Origin: Candidatus Methylomirabilia bacterium
GTDB taxonomy: Bacteria; Methylomirabilota; Methylomirabilia; Rokubacteriales; CSP1-6
Assembly: GCA_041492755.1 (NCBI GenBank)
Contig: JBGPXN010000112.1
Span: 1 to 13,966, forward strand
DNA: 13,966 nucleotides
Direction: 5' to 3'
The notes beneath the pieces were generated by a model. It saw only the letters and a list, made by a program, of their open reading frames with translations. It had not been told where the DNA came from and did not search any database. Shown here one piece after another: positions 1 through 13,213 of the stretch. The position numbers and the translations under genes were made by a program. The stretch's first letter is position 1. Each line of letters opens with the position of its first letter.

Positions 1-1
1 G

Positions 2-157
2 CTCGCGGGCGCGGTGACGCTGGCGGCCGCCGTCCTTGCCGCGCGTGGCTTCTCGGCCGGGAGCTCGCTGGGGGAGACGCTGGCCCGCTACCCGGCGCTG
101 GTGGCGGCTCCGCTCGCCTGGACGGTGTCCCGCTTGCAACGGGCCGACCGTGCGTAA
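2..157 (+). CDS. 3' end of a hydrophobic, probably membrane, protein (partial; starts before the window)
   Basis: Frame 2 is open from the edge to TAA 155-157 and reads LAGAVTLAAAVLAARGFSAGSSLGETLARYPALVAAPLAWTVSRLQRADRA*, with mostly G/C-ending codons and two hydrophobic stretches. No family can be assigned. Confidence 0.6.
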   Translation, partial: LAGAVTLAAAVLAARGFSAGSSLGETLARYPALVAAPLAWTVSRLQRADRA

Positions 158-179
158 CGTCGCGTCGCCTCTGTGAATG

Positions 180-208
180 TTGCCGGCACGCGGCGGGACT
201 GACACAAT
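180..208 (+). promoter_or_regulatory. Putative sigma70-type promoter of uvrA
   Basis: TTGCCG (180-185), a 17-nt spacer, then CACAAT (203-208), preceded by TG at 200-201 as an extended -10. It ends 8 nt before ATG 217. Confidence 0.5.
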
Positions 209-216
209 AGGCCGAC

Positions 217-3042
<2,826 letters not shown>

Positions 3043-3156
3043 GAGGCATGTCGGGGCCTCGGTCGCGGCGACTGAATTCGAGGAGCGCCACGGGTTTCCC
3101 GGGGCGCTCCGAGCGTGTGGGGGGATGGGGGGCCATGTCGGGGCCCCCCATATCAA

Positions 3157-4587
3157 ATGATGCGTAGGACCAAGATCGTCTGCACCATCGGGCCCGCCAG
3201 CAGCGACCCGGAGACGCTGAGCCAACTGGTCGAGGCGGGGATGGACGTCGCCCGGCTGAACTTCTCCCACGGGACGCACGCCGAGCACGCGGACGTGGTG
3301 CGCCGATTGCGGGAAGGCGAGGAACGCTGGGGACGGCCGATCGCTATTCTTCAAGACTTGCAGGGCCCCAAGGTGCGACTCGGAACCTTCGGCGTGGGCG
3401 GGGGTGGCCGGGTGGATCTGGAATCCGGCGCCGAATTTACCCTCATGGCGCGGCCGGTCGTCGGCACCGCCGAGCGCGCCACGCTGTCTCACCCGGAGTA
3501 CTTCGGCGCCGTGCGCCCCGGCGATCTCATCTGGATGGACGACGGGATGATCCAGCTCCGGGTGGAAGAGGGCACGCCGGACGCGGTGCAGTGCCGGGTG
3601 GTGGTGGGCGGCCGCATCAGCGATCACAAGGGCGTCTCGTTTCCGCACGCGCGGGCCCCGATGTCCTGCCTCACCCAGAAGGACCGCGAGGACCTGCGCT
3701 TCGGCATCGAGCACCGCGCCGACTTCGTCGCGGTGTCGTTCGTGCGCTCGGCCGCCGACATCGCCGAGGTGCGGCGCTTCATCCAGGAGCAGGGCGCGGA
3801 CATTCCGATCGTGGCCAAGCTCGAGCGCCAGGAGGTCATCGCCAACCTCCCCGAGGTTCTGACCATGGTGGACGCGGTCATGGTCGCGCGCGGAGACCTC
3901 GGCGTCGACGTGCCGCTCGAAGACGTCCCTCACATCCAGAAGGAAGTCATCCGCCAGGCGCGCGGCGCCAAGGTCCCCGTCATCGTCGCGACCCAGATGC
4001 TCGAGTCGATGGTCACGCACGTGCGGCCGACCCGCGCTGAAGTCTCGGACGTGTCCACCGCGATCTTCGACGGCGCCGACGCCATCATGCTGTCGGCGGA
4101 GACGGCGACGGGACGGTTCCCCGTGGAGTCCGCCGCGGTGATGGCGCGGATCGCCAAGCGGGCGGAGCAGGCCGTGGTCCGCCCCGAAGCGCGGCGCCGG
4201 CGGCGCGAAGGCGCGGGATTTCCGGAGGCGATCTCGGACGCCGCGGCCACCGCCGCGCAGGTCGTCGGCGCGCGGGCCATCGTCGCGTTCACTCAGTCGG
4301 GGTTCTCCGCGCGGCTGATCTCCCAGGAGCGGCCCGACGTGCCGATCATCGCGCTGACGCCGTTCGTGGAGGTGCAGCGCCGGCTCGCGCTGAGCTGGGG
4401 CGTGTCCTCGCGGCTCATTCGCAAGGTCGAGACCACTGACGATATGATCGAGGAGGTGGAGGCGGTCCTCCTGGGTGACGGCACGGTCCGCGTCGACGAC
4501 GTGATCGTCATCATCTCCGGCGCCCCGATGTGGGTCACGGGCACCACGAACCTCCTCAAGCTCCATCGGGTAGGGGAGCGCCGCTGA
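3157..4587 (+). CDS. pyk: Pyruvate kinase
   Basis: Motifs RRTKIVCTIGPAS, ARLNFSHG, DLQGPKVR, VMVARGDLGV, ATQMLESM, PTRAEVSDV, DAIMLSAETA and C-terminal GTTNLLK. The start is ATG 3157 or ATG 3160; the track start at 3115 lies inside the repeat. Confidence 0.97.
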   Translation: MMRRTKIVCTIGPASSDPETLSQLVEAGMDVARLNFSHGTHAEHADVVRRLREGEERWGRPIAILQDLQGPKVRLGTFGVGGGGRVDLESGAEFTLMARPVVGTAERATLSHPEYFGAVRPGDLIWMDDGMIQLRVEEGTPDAVQCRVVVGGRISDHKGVSFPHARAPMSCLTQKDREDLRFGIEHRADFVAVSFVRSAADIAEVRRFIQEQGADIPIVAKLERQEVIANLPEVLTMVDAVMVARGDLGVDVPLEDVPHIQKEVIRQARGAKVPVIVATQMLESMVTHVRPTRAEVSDVSTAIFDGADAIMLSAETATGRFPVESAAVMARIAKRAEQAVVRPEARRRRREGAGFPEAISDAAATAAQVVGARAIVAFTQSGFSARLISQERPDVPIIALTPFVEVQRRLALSWGVSSRLIRKVETTDDMIEEVEAVLLGDGTVRVDDVIVIISGAPMWVTGTTNLLKLHRVGERR

Positions 4588-7500
4588 GCCGGCGCGCGCG
4601 CCGGGTCTTTCTCGGCCTGGGTCTGCTCGCGCTGCTCGTCTGGGGCGCGGCCGCCGTCGTTCTCGTGCGCGACGCCGCGGCACGCCACCAGCGCCGGGTG
4701 GCGGCCACCGTCGAGGCGACGCGGCTCGCCGTCGAGGACACCCAGCACGTGCTCCGTCGCGAGGCGCGGATCCTCGCCCAGGAGCCGGCCGTGGTCGAGG
4801 GGGTGGCGCGCAACGACTGGGCGACGCTCGCGCGGGGCGCTTCACCGCGCCTCACCTCCCTGACTGTCGATCGCATCGCGGACCTCGTGCTGATCGTCGA
4901 CGGCGCCGGGGCCCCGCTCGTCCAGGTGCCGGCGCCGCCGCGGCTGCCGGCCGGATCCGCGCCGGCGCCGCCCCCGGCGGGTACGGGCGGCGTGCAGATC
5001 ATCAACGGCCGCGTCTACGTCGTCGGCGTCGCGCCCATCTATCCCGACGGCCGCGGTGGAGCCGGGGGTCGCGAGCGCGAGGCCACGCCCCTCGGCGCGG
5101 TGGTCGCCGGCCGCCGGATCGACCGGGTGGCGGCGTCTGCCCTGGTCGCCGTTGGCGGCGATCGCGCGCTCGGCGCCAGCCTGCCGAACGTGCCGGCAGC
5201 GGGATGGCAGACGGCGCTGCGCGTCGGCGCGATCGTCATCGCCGGAGAGTCCTGGAGCGTGCGCCCGCTGCCGGCGGCCGCGGGCGGACTCGTCACGCTC
5301 GTCCCCGACGCGGAGTACCGCGCCGAGCGGCGGCGGCTCGGGATCGGTTTGGGCGCCTTGCTCGCGCTGCTCGTGGCCGGCGCCGGCGGCGCGGCCTGGG
5401 CGCTCGGGCGCCGGCGCGAGGCAGCGAAGGGCGAGGCCGCGGCCCACGGGACGACCGGCGCCGCGGCGCACGTGACGGCCGACGCCGTCGCGGCGACGTC
5501 GAGCGAAGTGGAACGCCAGCGACTCGAAACGCTGGTGCGGCTGAGTCGCACGCTCACCGGGACGCTTTCGACGAACGACGTGCTGCAGCGCATCGTGGAC
5601 GCCAGCGTCGAGGTCTTCGGTTGCAGCAACTCGAGCCTGTGGCTCCTGGATGACGGCGGAGGCACGCTGACCGTGCGCGCCAACGCCGGTAGTCAGTCCG
5701 AGCTGCCCGAGCGGCCGTCGTTCGCGGTGGGCGAGGGGTTGGTGGGGACGATCGCCGCCCAGCGCGCGCCGCTGACCGTCGCGGACGTGCTCACCGATCC
5801 CCGCACCGTCCACGTCGCACGTCTGCGCGAGGCCGGCGTCATCTCGTTCGCCGGGGTGCCGCTGCTCCTCGGCCAGCGGTTGCTCGGCGTGCTGGCGATC
5901 ACGCTCGGCCAGCAACACGACTACACGGCGATGGACGTCGGCTTGCTCCAATCGTTCGGCGACCACGCCGCCATCGCCATCGACACCGCGCGCCGCTTCG
6001 GCGAGGAGAGCGGCCGGCGTGCCCACTTCCGCGCCCTGCTCGAGATCAACGCGCGGATCGGGGCCCGCGAGTCGATGGACGATCTCCTGGGGCTCATCGC
6101 CGAAGAGGCGGCGCGCCTGCTCGACGTCGACAACGCGGGCTTCCGGCTCGTCGACGGCGACGAGCTCGTCGTCGCCGGGCTCGCGGGGACCGCGCGCCAG
6201 ACGATGCTCAAACCGCGGTTGAAGATCGGCGAAAGCTTCAGCGGCCGCGTCGTGGCCGAGGGCCGTCCGCTGATGGTCGACGTCGAGGCTCACGCGGGCG
6301 ACCTCGAGCCCACGCACCTCGCGGCCGACCGGCGCCTCGGATACCGCGCGTTCCTCGGCGTGCCGTTGCGCGTCGGCGAGCGGATCATCGGGGTGCTGAC
6401 GTTCCGGGCGCGCCGGATCTTCACCCCGGTCGAGCAGGAGCTGGCGGAGGCCTTCGCCGGCCAGGCCGCGATCGCGCTCGAGCACTCCCGCCTCTATCGC
6501 GAAGCGACGCGGCAGGCCGAGCGCATGCGCGCGCTCGCGGACGTCGAGCGCCTGCTGTCCGAGACGCTGGCGCCCGAGGTGGTCGTGCAGCGCGTGGCCG
6601 ACAGCATCTCGACGCTGCTCGGCGCCAAGTCGGCGGCGCTCTACCGGGTGAACACCGAGTCGGGGATGGTGGAGACCCAGGCGATCTCCACGGGGAGCGC
6701 CTTTCCGTGGGCCCTCACGCTGCCGCCCGGCAGTGGCATGGCGGGGGTGGCGATCCGTGACCACCGGCCGATGCGCAGCCCGGACGTGCGGGTCGACGAG
6801 CGGATTCCTTATGCGCCCGAGGTCCGGGCCATCGTGGAGAAGGCGCCGGACCGGGCGATGCTGGCGGTGCCCGTGTTCGTGCGGGACAGCGTGTTCGGCG
6901 CGTTCGTGGTCGTGGATACGACCGGCCGCGTCTTCGACGACGAGGAGGTGCGGCTGGCCGAGGCCTTCGCCGCCCAGGCCGCGACCGCCATCGAGAACGC
7001 GCGGCTCTATTCGCTGGAGACCTCGCGGCGGGCGACCCTGGCCGCGCTGGCCGAGATCGAGCGCGATCTCGCGGCCGAGCTGAACCTCGACCGCCTGCTC
7101 CGGCTCATCATCGAGCGGGCCAGCCGCCTCTTCCTCGCCCAGGGAACCATCTACCTGATGGGCGATGACGGCACGCTCACGGCGGCGGCGCTCAGCGAGC
7201 AGGCGCCGTCGGCCGACCGGCTCTCGCTGGGGGTTGGCCTCGTCGGCGCGTGCGCCGAGCGCCGCGAGGGCATGGTCGTCAACGACTACGGGACGTCGGA
7301 GTTCGCGCTGCCCCGCTTCGTCGCGCTCGGCGTCCGTCACGCCATCGCGCAGCCGCTCGTCAGTCGCGGCCGGCTGATGGGCGTGACCGCGCTCTTCCGC
7401 GTCGGCGACGGCGTGAAGCCTTTCGGGGACGAGGACCTGGAGGTCCTCGGGAGCTTCGCCAACCAGGCCTCGATCGCCATCCAGAACGCGCGCCTTTACG

Positions 7501-10500
7501 ACGAGGCCGAGCAGCGGCGGCGAGAGGCCGAGGAGCTGGCGCAGCTCGCCCGCGTGCTCACGGAGACGCTCGACGTCGCGGCCGTCGGCGACCGCATCGT
7601 GGAAAGCGTGCGCGCCATGTTCGGCGTGGAGAGCGCCGGGCTTCGCGTGCTCGAGTCCGACGGATCGTTGGTGGCGGTGGCGTGGCGCGGCACCGCCACC
7701 GCCTTCTTCGCGCGCGGGCATCGCCAGCCCGGCGGCACCGGCTTGCTTGGTCGTGCGCTGGCCGAGGGCCGGCCGCTGTGGGCGCGCGATCTGCTGGCCG
7801 AAGAGGGCCTGCACTTCCCCGACGATCTTCGCCGCCGCGTCGTCGGGGCGGGACAGCGGGCCGCGCTGGCGGTACCCCTGCGGGCCAAGGGGCGCATCGT
7901 CGGGGCCCTGTTCCTCGCGCACTCGCGAGTGCGCACGTTCTCCGAGGCCGAGGTCGCCCTCGCCCAGGCCGTGGGTGATCAGGCCGCGCTCGCGCTGGAG
8001 AACGCGCGGCTGCACGAAGAGAGCGAGCGGCGTCGGCGCGCCGCCGAGCAACTGGCCGAATTGGGGCGCCTCGTGTCGCAGTCGCTCGAGCCCGCGCAGA
8101 TCGGCCAGTCGCTCGCGGAGCGGATCCGCGACATGTTCGGCGCCCGGCGCGCGACGCTCTACCGGCTCACCGCCGAGGGCGGCGACCTCGAAATCGTCGG
8201 CTTCTCCGGCGATGTCGGCCCGGTGGGACACGAGACGCGCCTGCGGCAGGGCCTCGCCCTGATGGGCCGCGCGGTGACCGAGCGAAGGGCGGTGTCGTCG
8301 GTGAACGTCTTGACCGATCTCAATCTGCGCTACTCCGACGAGATGCGGGCGCGCATCGAAGCCACCGAGGTGCGGGCCGTGATGGCGGCGCCGCTCTTCG
8401 TCGCCGACACCGTCATCGGCGTCCTCGGCGTCGGTGACCGCGAGGGCCGCGTGTTCACCGACGAGGAGATCGCGCTGCTGGAGGCGTGCGCGGACCGGGC
8501 CGCCGTCGCGCTGGACAACGCGCGCCTCTACTCGGAGACGGCGCGTCGCCAGCGCGAAGCCGAGGCCCTGGCGCGACTGGGTCAGGTGCTGACGGAGAGC
8601 CTCGACGTCGCCGCCGTCGCTGACCGCATCGTCGAGAGCCTGCTCGCCCTGTTCGACGCGCGGTCCTCGATCCTGCGACTGCTCCAGCCCGACGGTTCGG
8701 TGGTGACGCTGGCCACCGCGGGCCCGGCGCGCGTGCACTATCCCCCGGGGCTGGTCAGCGGGCCCGGCATCGGCCTGATCGCGCGCGCCATGGGCGAGGG
8801 CCGGGCGTTGTGGTCCAGCGACCGGTTCAACGATCCCGACGTCGTGCTCGACGAGACCACGCGCGCGCGGGGCGAGGCCGCCGGCGTCCGGGCCGCCCTC
8901 GTCGCGCCGCTCCGGGTGAAGGGGCGCATCATCGGGGCGCTGTCCGTGTCCGACGACCGGCGCCGGCGCTTCAGCGACGCCGAGGTGATGCTGGCCCAGT
9001 CGTTCGCGGACCAGGCGGCCCTCGCGCTCGAGAACGCGCGGCTCTACGAGGAGACGGAGCGACGGCTGGGGGAGACGCGCGCGCTCCTGGAGGTCGCCGA
9101 GATCCTCAACGCGACGCTCGATCCCCGGCAGCTCCTCAAGCGGGTGACCATGAAGATCGCCCAGGTGTGTCGGGTCGACCGCTGCTCCGTCGAGGTCTGG
9201 GACGGCGACCGCGCGGTCCCGGTCATGGCGCAATTCGCCGACGGGCGGCGGCGTCCCGACCTCTGGGAGAAGTTCACGCGGTTGCAGCGCACCGGCGTGC
9301 GCGACGTGCCGGCCCACGCCCAGGTCATCGAGACCCGGCGTCCGGTGGTGATCGACGACACGAGCGTGACGACGCTGATCCCCCGCGAGTGGATCGAAGC
9401 CTACGGCCTGCGCTCCTACATGGTGGTGCCGCTGATCCGGCAGAATCAGGTCATCGGCGTGATGAACCTGGACCACTGCGAAAGGGCCATGCCGTTTTCG
9501 CCGCGGCAGGTCGATCTCGCCGTCGGCGTCGCCGGCCAGCTCGCGCTCGCGCTCGAGAACACGCGGTTGTACACGGAGGTGCAGGAGCGCCTGCGGGAGA
9601 CGACCGCGCTGCTCGCGGCGGCGCGGGCGCTGTCGCAGACGGGGCCGCTCGACGAGCGGCTGCGGCAGGTGGCCCGCGAGGTGGCGCACGCGCTCGAAGC
9701 CTCGGTGGTCGGCTTCTACGGCGTGGACGAGGCCGGCGAGAAGTTGCTGCCGATCGCGGGCTACCGCGTGCCCAAGCACCTGCTGCAGTTCTTCCTGACC
9801 ACGCCGCTCGTGCTGTCGCACATGCCGGAGGCCCAGGCCGCCTGGCGCGCCGGCCGCACGGTGACGTCGGGTGACGGCCACGCCGACCCGCGCTTCGATC
9901 CCGCCATCTTCGCGCGCATGGATCCGTGCTCGGTCATGTGGACGCCGACGCGCGTGCGGGGCGAGCCGGTCGGCGGCGTCTACGTGCTGTTCTGGGGCAC
10001 CGGGCGGCAGTTCCGGCCGGCGGAAGTCCGGCTCCTGGAGGGCATCGCCGCCCAGGTCGGCCTGGCCCTGGAGAACGCCGACCTGACGCGGCAGACCGAG
10101 ACGAAGCTGCACGAGACGGAGACGCTGCTCTCGGTGAGTCGGGCGATCGCCTCGACCCTCGACCTGCAGGGGATGCTGCGGCAGTTCCTGCGCACGGTGG
10201 CTCGGGTGTTCGGCGCCGACTCGGTCGGCGCGTGGCTGCTGACCGAGGACGACGAGAGCGTGATGGTCCCGGTCCAGGGCTACCGCGTACCGCCGGAGCG
10301 TTTGGACGAGCTGCGCGGCGTGCGATTGTCCGTCGTCGACCACCCGATCTACGCCGAGGGCCTGCGCACGCGCCGGCCCGTCTTCGTGCCCGACACCAGC
10401 GCCGATCCGCGCGTGACGGCGGAGCTGATCACCATACTGCCCCACACGAGTCATCTCTTCGTGCCGATCGTCGCCAAGGACCGCTTCATCGGCGGCTTCG

Positions 10501-12284
10501 TGGCCGTGTGGTACGAGCGCCGGGGGCCGTTTTCCGAGGGCGAGCTGACCCTCATGGAAGCGATCGCGCATCAGGCCGGCCTCGGCATCGAAAACGCGCG
10601 GCTCTTCCTGCAGAACCGCCGCCAGGTCGAGGAGCTGTCGGTGCTCCACGAAATGTCGCGCGGGGTGACCGGGCAGTTCGATCGCGCCGCGCTGGTGACC
10701 GCCATTCACGCGCAGGTCACCCGCGTGCTGGCCGCCCGCCACCTGGCCATCCTGCTCGTGGATGGCGACGAGCTCGAGGTGGCGCTCCGCGTCGACGACG
10801 GGGCTCCGAACTTGGAGCCACCCCATCGGTACCGGCCCGACGCCGTCGGCCTGGCGTCGGTGGTCATGGAGCTGGGGCGGCCGCTCCGCACGAGCGACTA
10901 CCTTGGCGAGTGCGCCCGCCGCGGGGTCGCGCCGGTGGCGCGGGCGTCGGCGTTGCCGTGCTGGCTCGGGGTGCCGATGAGCGCCGACGGCGCCGTGCTC
11001 GGCGTCATCGCGCTCCGGCGGCCCGACCGGCCGTACACGGAGGCCGACGAGCGGTTCCTCTCCAACATCGCCGACCTGGGCGCGCTCGCGCTGCGCAGCG
11101 CGCGCCTGTTCGAAGAGCGCTCCCGGGCCTACCGCGAGCTGGCGGCCGCGCAGGACCATCTGGTTCGCACCGAGAAGCTGCGGGCCCTCGGCGAGATGGC
11201 CTCCGGCGTCGCCCACGACTTCAACAACCTGCTCGCCGCCATCCTGGGTCGCGCGCAGCTCACCCTCGCTCGCGTCGAGGATCCGATGCTCGTGCGCTGG
11301 CTGCAGGTCATCGAGCGTTCGGCGCTGGACGGCGCGCAGACCGTGCGCCGGCTGCAGGAGTTCGCGCGCGTCCGGCGCGATCAGTCCTTCCAGTCCGTGA
11401 GCATCAACGAGATCGTGCACGACGCGCTGGAGATCACCCAGTCGCGCTGGCGGGAGGAATCGCTGCGCAAGGGGGTGATCATCGACGTGCGCACCAGCCT
11501 GGGCACGGTGCCCGCGGTCGCCGGCGATCCCGCCGAGCTGCGGGAAGCGATGACCAATCTCATCCTCAACGCGCTGGACGCGATGCCCGGCGGCGGAGCG
11601 CTCAGCCTCGGCAGCCGTCACGTCGACGACGTGGTCGAGGTCACGGTCACCGACACCGGCGTGGGGATTCCGGACGAGGTGCGCCAGAAGATCTTCGATC
11701 CGTTCTTCACGACCAAGGGTCCGCAGGGGACGGGACTGGGCCTGTCGATGACCTATGGCATCCTCTCGCGCCACGGCGCGCGCATCACCGTCGAGAGCCA
11801 GGAAGGACGCGGCACCACCTTCCGTCTGGAGTTCCCGCTCGCCGTCCGCGAGGCCGGGACGGAGGGCGTCGCCGCCGAGCTCCCGGCCAGGGCCATCAAG
11901 GCCCTGCGCTGTTTGGTCGTCGACGACGAGGAATCGGTGGCGGGCGTCCTCGCCGACATGCTGGAGGCGGTTGGACACACCGCGCGCCCCTTCACCGACC
12001 CCGCGGCCGCCGTCGAGCGGCTCCAGACCGAGCACTTCGACGTCGTGTTCACGGACCTCGCGATGCCGGGGATGACGGGCTGGCAGGTCGCGCGCGCCGT
12101 GAAGGCGGTGGCGCCCGCCGTGCCCGTGTTCGTGGTGACCGGTTTCGGCGTCGAGCTCTCGATCGACGAGCGCCGCGCCCACGGCGTGACGGCGGTCCTC
12201 GCCAAGCCGCTCAAGATCGACGACGTCGTCACCGTGCTCGCCCAGGTCGAGCGCATGCGGAGTGAGCCCCGAGCCGAGGAGTGA
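4584..12284 (+). CDS. Giant membrane-anchored hybrid sensor histidine kinase: 2 TM segments flanking an extracytoplasmic region, 11 GAF domains, HisKA, HATPase_c and a receiver domain
   Basis: TM1 [20 protein letters not shown] and TM2 [23 protein letters not shown]. Eleven ~165-175-aa units contain PL...G.L and end in A.A.ENARLY-like motifs. H-box [10 protein letters not shown] (~11205-11234), N-box [10 protein letters not shown]1 DTGVG, F-box FDPFFTTK, G2 GTGLGL. Receiver motifs VVDDE, TDLAMP, T and KP. The start is uncertain: CTG 4584 is preferred, GTG 4530 is the alternative. Confidence 0.93.
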   Translation: MSRRARRVFLGLGLLALLVWGAAAVVLVRDAAARHQRRVAATVEATRLAVEDTQHVLRREARILAQEPAVVEGVARNDWATLARGASPRLTSLTVDRIADLVLIVDGAGAPLVQVPAPPRLPAGSAPAPPPAGTGGVQIINGRVYVVGVAPIYPDGRGGAGGREREATPLGAVVAGRRIDRVAASALVAVGGDRALGASLPNVPAAGWQTALRVGAIVIAGESWSVRPLPAAAGGLVTLVPDAEYRAERRRLGIGLGALLALLVAGAGGAAWALGRRREAAKGEAAAHGTTGAAAHVTADAVAATSSEVERQRLETLVRLSRTLTGTLSTNDVLQRIVDASVEVFGCSNSSLWLLDDGGGTLTVRANAGSQSELPERPSFAVGEGLVGTIAAQRAPLTVADVLTDPRTVHVARLREAGVISFAGVPLLLGQRLLGVLAITLGQQHDYTAMDVGLLQSFGDHAAIAIDTARRFGEESGRRAHFRALLEINARIGARESMDDLLGLIAEEAARLLDVDNAGFRLVDGDELVVAGLAGTARQTMLKPRLKIGESFSGRVVAEGRPLMVDVEAHAGDLEPTHLAADRRLGYRAFLGVPLRVGERIIGVLTFRARRIFTPVEQELAEAFAGQAAIALEHSRLYREATRQAERMRALADVERLLSETLAPEVVVQRVADSISTLLGAKSAALYRVNTESGMVETQAISTGSAFPWALTLPPGSGMAGVAIRDHRPMRSPDVRVDERIPYAPEVRAIVEKAPDRAMLAVPVFVRDSVFGAFVVVDTTGRVFDDEEVRLAEAFAAQAATAIENARLYSLETSRRATLAALAEIERDLAAELNLDRLLRLIIERASRLFLAQGTIYLMGDDGTLTAAALSEQAPSADRLSLGVGLVGACAERREGMVVNDYGTSEFALPRFVALGVRHAIAQPLVSRGRLMGVTALFRVGDGVKPFGDEDLEVLGSFANQASIAIQNARLYDEAEQRRREAEELAQLARVLTETLDVAAVGDRIVESVRAMFGVESAGLRVLESDGSLVAVAWRGTATAFFARGHRQPGGTGLLGRALAEGRPLWARDLLAEEGLHFPDDLRRRVVGAGQRAALAVPLRAKGRIVGALFLAHSRVRTFSEAEVALAQAVGDQAALALENARLHEESERRRRAAEQLAELGRLVSQSLEPAQIGQSLAERIRDMFGARRATLYRLTAEGGDLEIVGFSGDVGPVGHETRLRQGLALMGRAVTERRAVSSVNVLTDLNLRYSDEMRARIEATEVRAVMAAPLFVADTVIGVLGVGDREGRVFTDEEIALLEACADRAAVALDNARLYSETARRQREAEALARLGQVLTESLDVAAVADRIVESLLALFDARSSILRLLQPDGSVVTLATAGPARVHYPPGLVSGPGIGLIARAMGEGRALWSSDRFNDPDVVLDETTRARGEAAGVRAALVAPLRVKGRIIGALSVSDDRRRRFSDAEVMLAQSFADQAALALENARLYEETERRLGETRALLEVAEILNATLDPRQLLKRVTMKIAQVCRVDRCSVEVWDGDRAVPVMAQFADGRRRPDLWEKFTRLQRTGVRDVPAHAQVIETRRPVVIDDTSVTTLIPREWIEAYGLRSYMVVPLIRQNQVIGVMNLDHCERAMPFSPRQVDLAVGVAGQLALALENTRLYTEVQERLRETTALLAAARALSQTGPLDERLRQVAREVAHALEASVVGFYGVDEAGEKLLPIAGYRVPKHLLQFFLTTPLVLSHMPEAQAAWRAGRTVTSGDGHADPRFDPAIFARMDPCSVMWTPTRVRGEPVGGVYVLFWGTGRQFRPAEVRLLEGIAAQVGLALENADLTRQTETKLHETETLLSVSRAIASTLDLQGMLRQFLRTVARVFGADSVGAWLLTEDDESVMVPVQGYRVPPERLDELRGVRLSVVDHPIYAEGLRTRRPVFVPDTSADPRVTAELITILPHTSHLFVPIVAKDRFIGGFVAVWYERRGPFSEGELTLMEAIAHQAGLGIENARLFLQNRRQVEELSVLHEMSRGVTGQFDRAALVTAIHAQVTRVLAARHLAILLVDGDELEVALRVDDGAPNLEPPHRYRPDAVGLASVVMELGRPLRTSDYLGECARRGVAPVARASALPCWLGVPMSADGAVLGVIALRRPDRPYTEADERFLSNIADLGALALRSARLFEERSRAYRELAAAQDHLVRTEKLRALGEMASGVAHDFNNLLAAILGRAQLTLARVEDPMLVRWLQVIERSALDGAQTVRRLQEFARVRRDQSFQSVSINEIVHDALEITQSRWREESLRKGVIIDVRTSLGTVPAVAGDPAELREAMTNLILNALDAMPGGGALSLGSRHVDDVVEVTVTDTGVGIPDEVRQKIFDPFFTTKGPQGTGLGLSMTYGILSRHGARITVESQEGRGTTFRLEFPLAVREAGTEGVAAELPARAIKALRCLVVDDEESVAGVLADMLEAVGHTARPFTDPAAAVERLQTEHFDVVFTDLAMPGMTGWQVARAVKAVAPAVPVFVVTGFGVELSIDERRAHGVTAVLAKPLKIDDVVTVLAQVERMRSEPRAEE
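5436..5483 (+). repeat. 24-bp in-frame tandem duplication in the post-TM2 linker of the kinase
   Basis: GCCGCGGCCCACGGGACGACCGGC and GCCGCGGCGCACGTGACGGCCGAC are 20/24 identical and encode AAAHGTTG and AAAHVTAD. Confidence 0.6.
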
Positions 12285-12288
12285 AGCG

Positions 12289-13077
12289 ATGGCCTACGAG
12301 ACCGTGACCCTGGAGCGACGCGGTGGGGTCGCCACCGTCACCCTGAACCGTCCCGAGGCGCTCAACGCGTTGAGCCTGGCGCTGGGACGCGACCTCTTCC
12401 ACGTGACGCTCGAGCTGGACGACGATCCGGCCGTGCGCTGCATCGTGATCACCGGCCGCGGCAAGGCGTTCTGCGCGGGCGGCGACGTCAAGGACTTCGT
12501 GGAGCAGCTGCCGCGCATCGGCGCGCACATCAAGGAGCTGACGACCTACCTGCACGGCACCGTCTCGCGGCTCGCCCGCACCGCCAAGCCCGTGATCATG
12601 GCCGTCAACGGCGTGGCCGCGGGCGGCGGGCTCAGCTTCGCCCTGTCGGGGGACGTCGTGGTGGCGGCGGAGTCCGCGCGCTTCACCATGGCCTACTCGA
12701 AGATCGCGGCCACGCCCGACGGCTCGTCGTCCTACTTCCTGCCGCGCCTGATCGGGCTGCGCCGCGCGATGGAGCTCTATCTCACCAACCGGGTCCTCTC
12801 GGCGCGCGAGGCGTTCGAGTGGGGCCTCGTGACCCGCGTGGTGCCGGACGCCGAGCTCGCGCCGGCGGTCGAGACGCTGGCCGACGAGCTCGCCGCCGGG
12901 CCGACCCTCGCCATCGGCGGCGCCAAGCGGCTGTTTCACCAGTCGACGTGGGAGAGCCTGGAGACACAGATGGAGCTGGAGGCCCAGGCGATCGCGCAGA
13001 GCGGCCACACGGAGGACTTTCGCGAGGGCGTGACCGCGTTCGCGGCAAAGAAGACCCCGACGTTCCGCGGTCGCTGA
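12289..13077 (+). CDS. Enoyl-CoA hydratase/isomerase (crotonase superfamily), PaaG-like
   Basis: ATG 12289 follows GAGGAG (12276-12281). Motifs VATVTLNRPEALNAL, GKAFCAGGD, AVNGVAAGGG, AYSKIAATPDGSSSYFLPRLIG and DFREGVTAFAAKKTPTFRG. 262 aa. Confidence 0.92.
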   Translation: MAYETVTLERRGGVATVTLNRPEALNALSLALGRDLFHVTLELDDDPAVRCIVITGRGKAFCAGGDVKDFVEQLPRIGAHIKELTTYLHGTVSRLARTAKPVIMAVNGVAAGGGLSFALSGDVVVAAESARFTMAYSKIAATPDGSSSYFLPRLIGLRRAMELYLTNRVLSAREAFEWGLVTRVVPDAELAPAVETLADELAAGPTLAIGGAKRLFHQSTWESLETQMELEAQAIAQSGHTEDFREGVTAFAAKKTPTFRGR

Positions 13078-13092
13078 CCGCGGCCCGGAACG
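13061..13092 (+). other. GC-rich stem-loop over the crotonase stop codon (possible transcript-end or stabilising structure)
   Basis: CCGCGGTC-GCT-GACCGCGG (13065-13083), with CGTTCC (13061-13066) also complementary to GGAACG (13087-13092). No U-tract follows, so it is not a canonical intrinsic terminator. Confidence 0.4.
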
Positions 13093-13213
13093 ACGCGCCG
13101 CCCTGAGCGGCGGGAAGGAGCCCGTAGACGCCCAGGAGTCGGTCTCGCGATACTATGTGCCCGACCTCGAGCCCGCGGCCGGACCCACGAGCCCCGTGGC
13201 AGGAGAAGACGCC

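Noticed and set aside
171..186. LexA/SOS box upstream of uvrA (CTGTGAATGTTGCCGG)
   Set aside because: Only the left CTGT half matches CTGT-N8-ACAG, there is no GAAC-N4-GTTC either, and the LexA motif of this lineage is unknown to me.
5500..11115. Phytochrome or cyanobacteriochrome photosensor
   Set aside because: No PAS-GAF-PHY arrangement and no DIP, DXCF or CH bilin-binding motifs were seen in any GAF unit.
4842..12182. 2446-aa minus-strand ORF
   Set aside because: It is the antisense shadow of the multi-GAF kinase, and its periodic motifs only mirror the sense-strand repeats.
8810..12265. Alternative-frame plus-strand ORFs (354 aa, 779 aa) and other short overlapping ORFs
   Set aside because: These are Arg/Ala/Gly/Pro-rich off-frame translations typical of very GC-rich DNA. 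They overlap well-supported genes and show no domain signatures.
13125..13156. Promoter for the selenoprotein gene (TAGACG ... TACTAT)
   Set aside because: TACTAT at 13151-13156 is a plausible -10, but the candidate -35 is 20 nt away, so support is too weak to call.
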